NCBI GenBank assembly: GCA_965203995.1
Contig: OZ241962.1
Span: forward strand, 300,453 to 364,452
Source: Dehalococcoidia bacterium
Lineage (GTDB): Bacteria; Chloroflexota; Dehalococcoidia; Bin125
DNA: 64,000 bases
Reading direction: 5' to 3'
A program made the translations under genes and the position numbers. The notes under the pieces were generated by a model. The model ran no database searches. It saw only the letters and a list, made by a program, of their open reading frames with translations, and had not been told where the DNA came from. Shown here in pieces: positions 50,122 through 58,760 of this stretch; the first letter of the stretch is position 1, and every line of letters starts with the position of its first letter.

Positions 50122-50346
50122 CGTGTGTCCCGTTTCATGAGTTGAGTTCCTTGCGAGTGACAGTTTCGCATCCAATGTGAAGTCGGGCGTTGTGGGTGTT
50201 GAGACCTCGGACTGTCCACAACATCCACAGGTCATACACGATTGGCGTGGAATTTCGGGCACAGAAGACGGCTTGAAGGCGCCACCCGCACATGCTTTCT
50301 GCTAATGTTGAACGTTCATTCGGGCGGACACAGTTGAGAGGAACGG

Positions 50347-52398
50347 ATGATGACGACGATGACGGCGACGGCGGGCAGGGAAGAGCCCGCGTACGAGGAG
50401 GAGCCGGGGCGGATTGCGGCCCGGACGCTGAGCGAGGCGGACCTGAACCACATGCTGGGACAACTTGGCGGCGGACGCTCGGCGTCGCGCGGCGCGTTGA
50501 GCCGGTTCTCGGCATTGCACGACAAGATCCGGGAGCGCGAGACGCACCTGTACAACTCGAAGCAGGCCAACCCGCGGTTTTCTCCACCCTACAAGGAGGC
50601 GGAGCCGTGGCAGACGGACCTGTTGCGGCGCACCTGGTCGCAGTTGCGGCAGCGGCTGACCGAGCATCCGCTGCGGGTGCACGTCGAACCGCCGGACGAC
50701 TCGCCCTCGGCGCGGGAGGCGGCCGACAACCTGGAGCACGTGCTGGAGCAGGGTCTGCGTTATGTCGAAGATCGGACGCACCTGTCGCTGCAGGCCGACC
50801 TGGGCTACGGACAGGTCTGCCTCTGCTTCGGCGTCCTGCACTGGCAGCAGGCGCAGCACCGGATGCCGGTGTTTCCGGCGCGTGAGCAGCGCGGTTCGCG
50901 GCCCGAGGATGCGGAGGATCGGCGGCGTTTCCGCCGGGCGCGCTCGGAGGACGGTCCCTCGCTGCCCTGGATTGAGACGGAGGAGAGCCGCCGCGATCGC
51001 GACCGCCAGCGGCAGGCGGCGGCCGGTTTTCCCTGGGACATCGAGGTGATCCGGCCGGATCAATTCGCGTTCGTCGAGGATCATGGCTCGGGCAACGGCC
51101 TGGGACTGGCCGTAGTGCTGCGCGAGGTGGGCCTGTTCGAGTACCGCAACCGGCTGCGGGAGCAGGACCGGCTGGCGCTACAGATGACCGCGGTGGCGGG
51201 CGAACCGTCGCTGCGGATCGCGCGGGCGGTGGACGCGCCGCTGCCGGAGGAACCCTCGGGCGCGGGCTGGGGCGAGCGTCTGCGGGTCGCCTCGGTCTGG
51301 ACGCGCGACGAGTACTACGAGCTGGCGGCGCTGGAGCGGCCGTCCCGCTCGGCGAGCAGATCGGACGAGCACCTGCGTCACGAGTGGACGCTGATCAAGT
51401 CGCATCCGCATCCCTACGAGATGCCGCCGTTCGCAATCGCGGAGGCGGACACGAACGATCACTCCGACATGGTGCGGCGCTGGGAGCCGACGCTGGAAGG
51501 CATCTACCGCGCCAAGCCGCGCTACGACTTCGAGCGATCGCTGGGCCACTTCCTGGCCGAACAGACGGCGACTCCGCTGTACTGGGTGCAACTGGCGGAC
51601 GGCACCTATGAGACCGACGCGAACGGCCAACGGATCGAGCTGACGCCCAGCGGCGCAGAAACGATCGAGCTGCCCGCCGGGGCGTCGCTGCACCGGGTGG
51701 AGTTCCAGGTCGCTCCGGCGTTCGTCGAGTTCCTGCGCATGTCGCACGAGGAGTTGCTCAGCGCGGCGCCGGACGCGGGCACGGTCGATCGGGGCGAGAT
51801 TGGCCCGAACACGCAGCCGCACACGCTGAACCTGCTGCTCGGTTCGCGCAACCTGCAGGTGCAGCAGCTCAAGCGGGCGCAGACCCGGGCGGCGCGGACG
51901 ATGCTGCGCAACATGGCGCTGGTGATGTCCAAGCCGCTCTCGGAGGGCGGCTTCGGCGCGCCGGTCTGGGTCTTTGCCAAGGGCAAGAACGGCCGGCTGC
52001 AGCGGCGCGAGACGGTCTGCGTCGAGCCGTCGCAGATCCCCTCGCTGGAGATCGACGTCTGGATCGACCCCTACTCGTCGGCGCAGCGGATCGCGGTGCA
52101 GGAACACGGACGGGCGCGGCTCAACGACCCGCTGGATCCGCTCGACCAGCGCGGCTACCTGGAGGAGTACATCGGCGAAGAGCACGCGGAGCAGGTGCTG
52201 GCCCGGCATCGGCAGTGGCGGATGGAGCAGGCGCGCTTCGAGCGCGAGCTCTCGCGGGCGCGCGGCGTCGACCCGCCCAAGCCGCAGACGAGGCCGGCGG
52301 GCGGTCCCGACGTGCCGGCGTCGAGCCGCCTGCGGGGCGAGCTCGCACCGCTGGGACGGCTGGTCTCGGCGGACGACGACCGCACGGCGAGCCCGTGA
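50347..52398 (+). CDS. phage portal-like protein (tentative)
   Basis: 683 aa, with size and charge pattern like P22/T7-type portals. It is the only large phage-like gene missing from the terminase-capsid series. The family was not verified. Confidence 0.45.
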   Translation: MMTTMTATAGREEPAYEEEPGRIAARTLSEADLNHMLGQLGGGRSASRGALSRFSALHDKIRERETHLYNSKQANPRFSPPYKEAEPWQTDLLRRTWSQLRQRLTEHPLRVHVEPPDDSPSAREAADNLEHVLEQGLRYVEDRTHLSLQADLGYGQVCLCFGVLHWQQAQHRMPVFPAREQRGSRPEDAEDRRRFRRARSEDGPSLPWIETEESRRDRDRQRQAAAGFPWDIEVIRPDQFAFVEDHGSGNGLGLAVVLREVGLFEYRNRLREQDRLALQMTAVAGEPSLRIARAVDAPLPEEPSGAGWGERLRVASVWTRDEYYELAALERPSRSASRSDEHLRHEWTLIKSHPHPYEMPPFAIAEADTNDHSDMVRRWEPTLEGIYRAKPRYDFERSLGHFLAEQTATPLYWVQLADGTYETDANGQRIELTPSGAETIELPAGASLHRVEFQVAPAFVEFLRMSHEELLSAAPDAGTVDRGEIGPNTQPHTLNLLLGSRNLQVQQLKRAQTRAARTMLRNMALVMSKPLSEGGFGAPVWVFAKGKNGRLQRRETVCVEPSQIPSLEIDVWIDPYSSAQRIAVQEHGRARLNDPLDPLDQRGYLEEYIGEEHAEQVLARHRQWRMEQARFERELSRARGVDPPKPQTRPAGGPDVPASSRLRGELAPLGRLVSADDDRTASP

Positions 52399-52423
52399 GC
52401 GCAAACTGGGAAGGGAGGCGGAG

Positions 52424-52630
52424 ATGACACTGGAACACGAGATTCGCTGTACGAACCAGGAATGTCCCAGCCGGACACACACGGCAGGCGAGGGGCACGG
52501 GGGACGCGGGGCGCTGGCCTGCCGGGTCGAGGACCACGCGACGCACGTCACGATCGTCTGGAAGTGCCGGCGCTGCAAGCAGGGCCAACGCACGCCGCTG
52601 CCGAAGTCGGCTGACCGTCCGGACGGCTAA
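52424..52630 (+). CDS. small zinc-ribbon protein
   Basis: RBS GGGAGG. 68 aa with CxxxxC…CxxC (CTNQEC…CRRC). Confidence 0.5.
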   Translation: MTLEHEIRCTNQECPSRTHTAGEGHGGRGALACRVEDHATHVTIVWKCRRCKQGQRTPLPKSADRPDG

Positions 52631-52633
52631 CGG

Positions 52634-53776
52634 TTAACGGCTCACGGCGGGTCGTAGCGCGCCGTCGGCGATCTCGAAGGAGGCAGCGAGATCACCGGCG
52701 GCGATCGGCACGACGGCGGGGTCGGCGCTGGTCAGGATGACCTGTTCCATCGCCGAGACCGCGCCGGCGGTGCGCTCGCGCCGCTCGGGATCGAGCTCGC
52801 TGAAGACGTCATCGAGCAGCAGGACCGGCGCGTCGCGGTCGCTGGCGCGCAGGTACTCGGCCTCGGCCAGGCGCATGGCCAGGACTGCGGCGCGCTGCTG
52901 GGCGCGCGAGGCGAAGTTGGCGGCGGGCCGGCCGTCGAGATCGATCAGGAGATCGTCGCGGTGCGGTCCGACGCTGGTCGAGCCGCGAGCCAGATCGCGG
53001 GCGCGAGACTCGGGCAGCGACGGATCGTCGGCGGGAGCGTAGGAGAGGGTCAGCGCCTCGCTCGGTTCGTCGGCAGCGCGCAGGGCCTGGTGGCTGCGCT
53101 CCGCCTGCTCCGAGAGGGCTTGGGCCGCTTCGGCGCGGGCTTGCCAGATCGGGGTCGCGGCGGCGGCGAGCAGCTCGTCCCACTGGTCCAGTTCCTGCTC
53201 GCGGGCGCGTCCCTCGGCGATCCGCTTGAGCAGTGCGTTGCGCTGGCTCAGGGCTCGCTGGTAGCGGCTGAGATGGGCGGCGTGGGCGGGCGCGAGCTGG
53301 CCGATGGCGACGTCAAGGTAGCGGCGGCGCAGGGCGGAGCCGCCGGTCAGCAGCTCGATGTCCTGGGTGGTGAACTGGACGGCGCGGATCGCGCCGAGTG
53401 CGTCTCCGGCGCGCCGGGCGACGCCGTTGACGCGGATGCGCTTGGAGGTCAGCGGCGCGCCGCTACGCTGTCGGGCGCTGCCGGCGGCGCCGCCGCTGCG
53501 GGCGGCGAGCGCGATCTCGACCTCGACCGGTTCGTCGCGGACCAGCGCCGAGCCGGCGATCCGGGCGACCTGCGGTTGGGGCGCGGCCCAGCGGATCAGC
53601 TCGCCCTCGGTCTGGGCGCGGGTCGAGCGCAGGGCGGCGAGCATGTACATCGCCTCGACCAGGTTGGATTTGCCGGCGGCGTTGGCGCCGCTGATCAGCG
53701 TGACGCCGGGCGGCAGGTCGAGCTGGAGGTCGGTCCAGGATCTGAAGTTGGCGAGTTGGACTCGGGTCAGGTGCAC
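52634..53776 (-). CDS. recF: DNA replication and repair protein RecF
   Basis: MHLTRVQLANFRSW…, Walker A GANAAGKSNL, signature and Walker B …VLLLDDVFSELD. Confidence 0.93.
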   Translation of the reverse strand: MHLTRVQLANFRSWTDLQLDLPPGVTLISGANAAGKSNLVEAMYMLAALRSTRAQTEGELIRWAAPQPQVARIAGSALVRDEPVEVEIALAARSGGAAGSARQRSGAPLTSKRIRVNGVARRAGDALGAIRAVQFTTQDIELLTGGSALRRRYLDVAIGQLAPAHAAHLSRYQRALSQRNALLKRIAEGRAREQELDQWDELLAAAATPIWQARAEAAQALSEQAERSHQALRAADEPSEALTLSYAPADDPSLPESRARDLARGSTSVGPHRDDLLIDLDGRPAANFASRAQQRAAVLAMRLAEAEYLRASDRDAPVLLLDDVFSELDPERRERTAGAVSAMEQVILTSADPAVVPIAAGDLAASFEIADGALRPAVSR

Positions 53777-53797
53777 ACGTCGGAGTGTATGGCCCGA

Positions 53798-54070
53798 TTA
53801 ACCCCACGCGGCGATTGCGGCGATGATCGCAGCGACTGCCGCCAAAATCAGTACGGACAGGCTTCCGAACAGCCACCACTTCATCGCGTTCATGTCGGAT
53901 CTGAGTCCAGCTATCTCGAGCCGGAGCGAGTGAAAACCTCGCTCCACGGCATCCTCGCCCACCAGTCCCTCGCGGCTCGCCAAGGCGACCTCATCGAGGA
54001 CATCGGTTTGTTCCTCCGTGAATCCCGATGATCTCAGGCGTCTGCGGAGGGTGACAGGAAGGATGGCCAT
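53798..54070 (-). CDS. coiled-coil protein with C-terminal TM anchor (DUF1640-like)
   Basis: Start MAILPVTL at 54070. C-terminal helix LFGSLSVLILAAVAAIIAAIAAW. Confidence 0.5.
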   Translation of the reverse strand: MAILPVTLRRRLRSSGFTEEQTDVLDEVALASREGLVGEDAVERGFHSLRLEIAGLRSDMNAMKWWLFGSLSVLILAAVAAIIAAIAAWG

Positions 54071-54186
54071 GGGTCGAGGATACTGTCTCGGGCGGAGCCG
54101 CCGTGGCGGCTGCACCGAGCCAGGGAGTCGTGTAGCATACGCAAAACCCGTATGCGGAACTCCCCGCCAACCTCTGGAGTGTTTTG

Positions 54187-55233
54187 ATGGCCACGATTCA
54201 GCACGATGTCCCCGGGATCAACCTCGATTGGCTCAACGTTGATACCGAACAGGGGCTGGAGGTCGAGACGGGGCGCAAGGGCCTCCGGCTCGAGACGATC
54301 AACCAGATGACCTACGGGGTCGACGACCGCGACGAGGCGCGGACGCGTCAGTGGGCGCCGCGCGGCGCGGAGGCCGACCAGCGCTCGCCGTCGAGCAGTG
54401 TCCAGTACACGAACAAGGCGGACGTCTGGACCGAGTCGGCGATGCTGCTCTACGAAGAGGCGCTGCAGCGCCAGTGGTCTTCGGCGCGGGACATCCCCTG
54501 GGACACAATCGACGAGCTGCCTCCGGACCTGGAGCGGGCGATGTGCACGCTGTGCACGTTCCTGACCCAGGTGGAGTTCATCGCTGGCGACGTGCCGGGC
54601 CGCTTCCTGGAGCAGATTCACCCCGAGTTCTTCGAGTCGCAGCTCTTCCTGGGCACGCAGCTCATGGACGAGGCGCGGCACCTGGACGTGTTCCGCAAGC
54701 GCACGCTGATCAACGGCGGCGGGATGTCGGGCGCGGGACTGGGCGCGGTGCAGTTGCTCAGCTCGGACGACTTCACCGAGATGACGGCGCTGCTCCACCT
54801 CGTGGGCGAGGGCTTCGTCCAGACGCTGTTCCGGATGGGCGAGCTGATCGCGCAGAACGAGGCCGAGAAGAAGATGTTCCGACTGTCCGCGCAGGACGAG
54901 TCGCGGCACCTGGCCTTCGGCGTGACGCACCTGAAGTACACCGTCGAAACCGAGCCGTGGCGCAAGGAAGAACTGCACCACATCCTCGATATGCAGGAAG
55001 CGCTGCTGACGCAGTCGCAGCAGACCTCGCTGACGACCAACCCGCTGACCGGCGAAGCGCTGGCGATTCTCTCCGGCGGCGGCATTGAGCACCTCGACGA
55101 GGGCTACAACATGGTCATGCTGATGCGCAAGAAGCAGTTCGTCGAGTACGCCCACCGCCTGGACGTGATCGGACTCGACCGCCACGACCGCTTCGCGCCC
55201 GAGGTGCTGGAGCTGGTGGGCGAGGACAACTAG
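54187..55233 (+). CDS. ferritin-like diiron-carboxylate oxygenase family protein (complete E…ExxH…E…ExxH ligand set)
   Basis: Ligand candidates are TQVEF, MDEARH, VGEGF and QDESRH. ATG at 54187. Confidence 0.68.
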   Translation: MATIQHDVPGINLDWLNVDTEQGLEVETGRKGLRLETINQMTYGVDDRDEARTRQWAPRGAEADQRSPSSSVQYTNKADVWTESAMLLYEEALQRQWSSARDIPWDTIDELPPDLERAMCTLCTFLTQVEFIAGDVPGRFLEQIHPEFFESQLFLGTQLMDEARHLDVFRKRTLINGGGMSGAGLGAVQLLSSDDFTEMTALLHLVGEGFVQTLFRMGELIAQNEAEKKMFRLSAQDESRHLAFGVTHLKYTVETEPWRKEELHHILDMQEALLTQSQQTSLTTNPLTGEALAILSGGGIEHLDEGYNMVMLMRKKQFVEYAHRLDVIGLDRHDRFAPEVLELVGEDN

Positions 55234-55338
55234 TCCTCAGTCCGCGGCGAACGAGACCACGAGATACCCGACAACGGCCGCGCCGCACGCGCGGTCGTTG
55301 TCGATCCACAGGACGCAGAGACGAACTCGGGAGCAGCC

Positions 55339-56577
55339 ATGGAACTGTCGACGACGACCAAGGCGCGAGCCAAGCGGGCCGGCTGGTCGGACGAACTGAT
55401 CGAACGAATTGAGTCGTCCGCAGCGTCCGACGGACAGATCGAGAATCTGGCGCGGGGCGAGTTGCCCGAGGCGCGGATCAACGGCTGGCTCGACTTCCTT
55501 GAGCAGCACCCCGACAACCCGTTCGCCAAGGCGCCGTTCAACATCTTCAACTCGCCGGCCGAGATCGGGATCACGGCGACGCCGGGCGAGGATGGCCTGC
55601 GGCTGCGCGACATCAACATCGGCAGCTACGGGATCGTGCCGGACCAGTGGGACCTGCCCAACGACGCGCCGCGCGGGACCGAGTCGACGGGGCTGATCAT
55701 GGCCGCCGGCTACTCGATCTTCGACAAGGCCGAGGTCTGGTCGGAGAACGCGGTCGACCTGTACGAGGACGCGATCAAGGATCGCTGGGCGCCGGCCACC
55801 GATCTCGACTGGGACCACGGCATGGAAGAGATGCCGGAGGACCTCGAGCGGGCCCTCGACCAGATCTGCACGATCTATTCGAACAACGGGCTGGTCGAGC
55901 AGAAGATCATCGGCCGCTGGCTGGAGGAGATATCCTACGGCTTCCACGAGGTCAAGCTGTTCCTGGCGACGCAGGCCTACGACGCCGGCCGCAAGGTCGA
56001 AGTGCTGCGCAAGCGGGCGCTGGCCAACGGCGGCGGTCTGGGCAAGGCGCCGCTCGGTCAGATCTACCGCGGCTGGTACGCGGGCCTGACCTTCACCGAC
56101 ATGATCATCGCGCTCAACGTGGTCTACAAGAGCTACGAGGTCTCGCTGTTCGAGGCGGCGGCCGAGTGGGCGCACTCCGACTTCGACCGCGACATCTTCG
56201 AGCGTCTGGCGGCGGACTCGCGGCGGCACCTCGACTACGGCCTCGGCCACCTGGAGTGGTACGAGCGCTACAAGCCGGAGTCGGAGAAGCGGCTGGGCAT
56301 CCAGTTCCTGCGGGCCGAGGCGGCGATGGTTCAGGAAATGCGGCTCTCCACGAGCGAGCGCGAAGCGCTAATCGTGCTCTTCGCCGGCGGGGTCGAAAAC
56401 CTGCAGGCGGGCGTCGACAAGCTCAAGACGCTGCGACAGCGTCAGTACGACGACTACCTCAACAATCTCGCCTCGGTCAACTTCGACCGGCCCACGGTCC
56501 ACCCCGGACTCGCCGGCCAGATCGTCGACCCGCTCGAGGGCGGCGTCGTCGCAGTCCGCGCAGTCACGCAGAACTGA
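55339..56577 (+). CDS. ferritin-like paralogue lacking two metal ligands (probable non-catalytic partner)
   Basis: Aligns to the upstream gene, but DEARH becomes DAGRK and DESRH becomes DSRRH. 412 aa. Confidence 0.62.
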   Translation: MELSTTTKARAKRAGWSDELIERIESSAASDGQIENLARGELPEARINGWLDFLEQHPDNPFAKAPFNIFNSPAEIGITATPGEDGLRLRDINIGSYGIVPDQWDLPNDAPRGTESTGLIMAAGYSIFDKAEVWSENAVDLYEDAIKDRWAPATDLDWDHGMEEMPEDLERALDQICTIYSNNGLVEQKIIGRWLEEISYGFHEVKLFLATQAYDAGRKVEVLRKRALANGGGLGKAPLGQIYRGWYAGLTFTDMIIALNVVYKSYEVSLFEAAAEWAHSDFDRDIFERLAADSRRHLDYGLGHLEWYERYKPESEKRLGIQFLRAEAAMVQEMRLSTSEREALIVLFAGGVENLQAGVDKLKTLRQRQYDDYLNNLASVNFDRPTVHPGLAGQIVDPLEGGVVAVRAVTQN

Positions 56578-56619
56578 CGCTGTCCGAGCAGCGACCGCTC
56601 CGACGCGGGGCCAGATACG

Positions 56620-57603
56620 CTAGCCGCCGAGCACGGGGGCGGTCGGGTTGGGGCAGAGGACGCGCAAGGCGCCGGGCTCGATGTCGATCGCGTAGGCGCT
56701 GGGCGGGCCCGGGTCGCCGTCGATCTGGTTGGGCAGCGGTTCGCGCAGGTAGGCGACCTCGATCCGGCGGAAGCGCAGATTGGTCACTCCGGGACCGTTG
56801 GGCAGCCAGCTATGCCGAGCGAGCGGCGAGAGCGCCAGCGCCCGCCAGGGCGCGCCTTCGACCATCAGCAGGTCGAGTTCACCGTCCACGACCGTGGCCT
56901 GGGGATTGACCTCAAGCCAGGTACCGAGCATGCGCGTGTTGCCGACTGTGAGCAGCGCGATCTCGGCCTCGAAGTAGGGCGCGCCGTCAATGCTGACGGC
57001 GACCGGCCAGGCCTTGCGTCCGATCGCTTCCTGGACTGCGGAGAAGAAGTAGGCCGGTTCGCCGAGCATCCGCTTGATCCGGCTGCGCCGCTCGCTGCCG
57101 ACGATGCCGCTCACCGCCGCGGCATCGAGACCCCAGCTCGCCATCAGCAGGAAGCGCTGCGAGCTGAGCGACCCGTCCGCACCCGTCGACCAGACCTTGC
57201 CAGTGTCGATCCAGAGCGGTGCTCCCTGCAGGCCGTCAAGAGCGGCGAGCTGCGCCGAGATCGCGGCCATTGGGGTGAGCGGCAGCCCGGTCTCGTAGGC
57301 CCAGACATTGGCGGTGCCCAGCGGCACGGCGCCGAGCGCGGTCGGCGAACCGAGCGGCAGTCCCTGCAGGATCGCCGAGAGCGTGCCGTCGCCGCCGCAG
57401 CCGAAGATCGCGGCCGCGCCCGACTCGTGCGCCTGGCGGGCCGTGTCGGTTGCCTCCTCGGGCGACCGCGTAGCCACGACCTGGGCGCTGCGTCCGGACT
57501 GCTCGCAAGCGGCGTGACAGATGGCGTTCAGGGTGCGCGGATGCAGCGAGTTGCCCGCGTTGGGGTTGACCACGAAGACGATCTCGCCTGGCTGGGTCTG
57601 CAT
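56620..57603 (-). CDS. diacylglycerol/lipid kinase family protein (YegS/BmrU-like)
   Basis: IVFVVNPNAGN…, GCGGDGTLS motif. Confidence 0.88.
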   Translation of the reverse strand: MQTQPGEIVFVVNPNAGNSLHPRTLNAICHAACEQSGRSAQVVATRSPEEATDTARQAHESGAAAIFGCGGDGTLSAILQGLPLGSPTALGAVPLGTANVWAYETGLPLTPMAAISAQLAALDGLQGAPLWIDTGKVWSTGADGSLSSQRFLLMASWGLDAAAVSGIVGSERRSRIKRMLGEPAYFFSAVQEAIGRKAWPVAVSIDGAPYFEAEIALLTVGNTRMLGTWLEVNPQATVVDGELDLLMVEGAPWRALALSPLARHSWLPNGPGVTNLRFRRIEVAYLREPLPNQIDGDPGPPSAYAIDIEPGALRVLCPNPTAPVLGG

Positions 57604-57762
57604 CCCTGCACTCTATGCGATGATCGGCGTCGATCATGGTGTCGGCCGGCGCGGAGCGGCAGGGTAGACTGACGCCATGGCCATCCACCAGCCACCCGAT
57701 TCAGCGGACGCGGAACGTCGCCTGGACGAGCGGCATCCGACGCGGGGCGTGTAGGTCGCCCG

Positions 57763-58218
57763 ATGACGGAGCAGAAGGGCATCGGCTGGGTGCGTCTGGA
57801 CCACTTCGCGATTGCAGCGGAGGATCCAAAGGCCTCGGCGCAGTTCTGGGGCAAGCTGTTCGGCATGGAGCTGGACCACTGGACGGTGTCGAACGAGGGC
57901 GGCTTTCGCGTCGCGCAGTTCCACTTGCCCAGGCGGCAGGCGGGCGTGGAGATCATCGGGCCGTTCGACGAGTCGTCGTTCGTGCAGAAGTTCATTGACC
58001 AGCGCGGGCCGGGAATGCACCACATCACGGTGGAGGTCGAGGACGCCGACGCGGCCTGCTCGTTCGTGCGCGAGGAGATGGGGATCGAGCCGCTGAGCGA
58101 GCCCTACACCGACTTCGAGTGGAACCAGTTCTTCATTCACCCGCGAGACACCGGCGGCGTGCTGGTCCAGATCTACTCCTGGCTGCCCGGCCGCCGGCCT
58201 GCCGATTGGCCGCAGTAG
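57763..58218 (+). CDS. VOC (glyoxalase/bleomycin-resistance/dioxygenase) family protein
   Basis: …RLDHFAIAAEDP…, …GPGMHHITVEVED…. Confidence 0.85.
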   Translation: MTEQKGIGWVRLDHFAIAAEDPKASAQFWGKLFGMELDHWTVSNEGGFRVAQFHLPRRQAGVEIIGPFDESSFVQKFIDQRGPGMHHITVEVEDADAACSFVREEMGIEPLSEPYTDFEWNQFFIHPRDTGGVLVQIYSWLPGRRPADWPQ

Positions 58219-58223
58219 TTTCG

Positions 58224-58760
58224 ATGTCAACCATCCCCAGCTCGACCGTGCCCGAACCAACCTACGAAGACGGCGAGTTCGTGCCGACGCGTGATGTGCC
58301 CTTCTCCTCCGAGCTGGATGAAATGATCGCCGAGATTCGGGCCGGCAACGCGCCCAACATCGGCCGGTTCTGCGGCTTCTGTTGCGCGCCGCTGGGTCGG
58401 TCGGACTACTGCGGAGTTTGCGATCTCACGACCGAGCGGGTTCCGGCGGTCGACAAGATCGACCGCGAGCTGGCGCAGATCTATCACGCCAAGCGCAAGC
58501 GCGAGGGGCTCTACGTCCATCTGGCCGCCTGGACCGGCATTCTGCTGGCGACGGCGCTCTCGATCCTGCTGATTCTCGTGCTGCCCGGTTGGACCAAGGT
58601 GTTCGCGATCATCTTCCTGGTGCTGGGGGGCTACTTCGCCGGCGTCTTCTTCGGCAACGTGCTGATCCAGGGCTTCGCCTACAGGGCCGGGTTGAAGATG
58701 TTCGCCCGACGCTGGGCCGAGTGGCGCGCGTCGGCGGCGGAGGCGGTCAAGACCGACTGA
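58224..58760 (+). CDS. membrane protein with N-terminal Cys-rich ribbon
   Basis: ATG at 58224. CGFCC…CGVC, then two or three TM helices. Confidence 0.55.
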   Translation: MSTIPSSTVPEPTYEDGEFVPTRDVPFSSELDEMIAEIRAGNAPNIGRFCGFCCAPLGRSDYCGVCDLTTERVPAVDKIDRELAQIYHAKRKREGLYVHLAAWTGILLATALSILLILVLPGWTKVFAIIFLVLGGYFAGVFFGNVLIQGFAYRAGLKMFARRWAEWRASAAEAVKTD

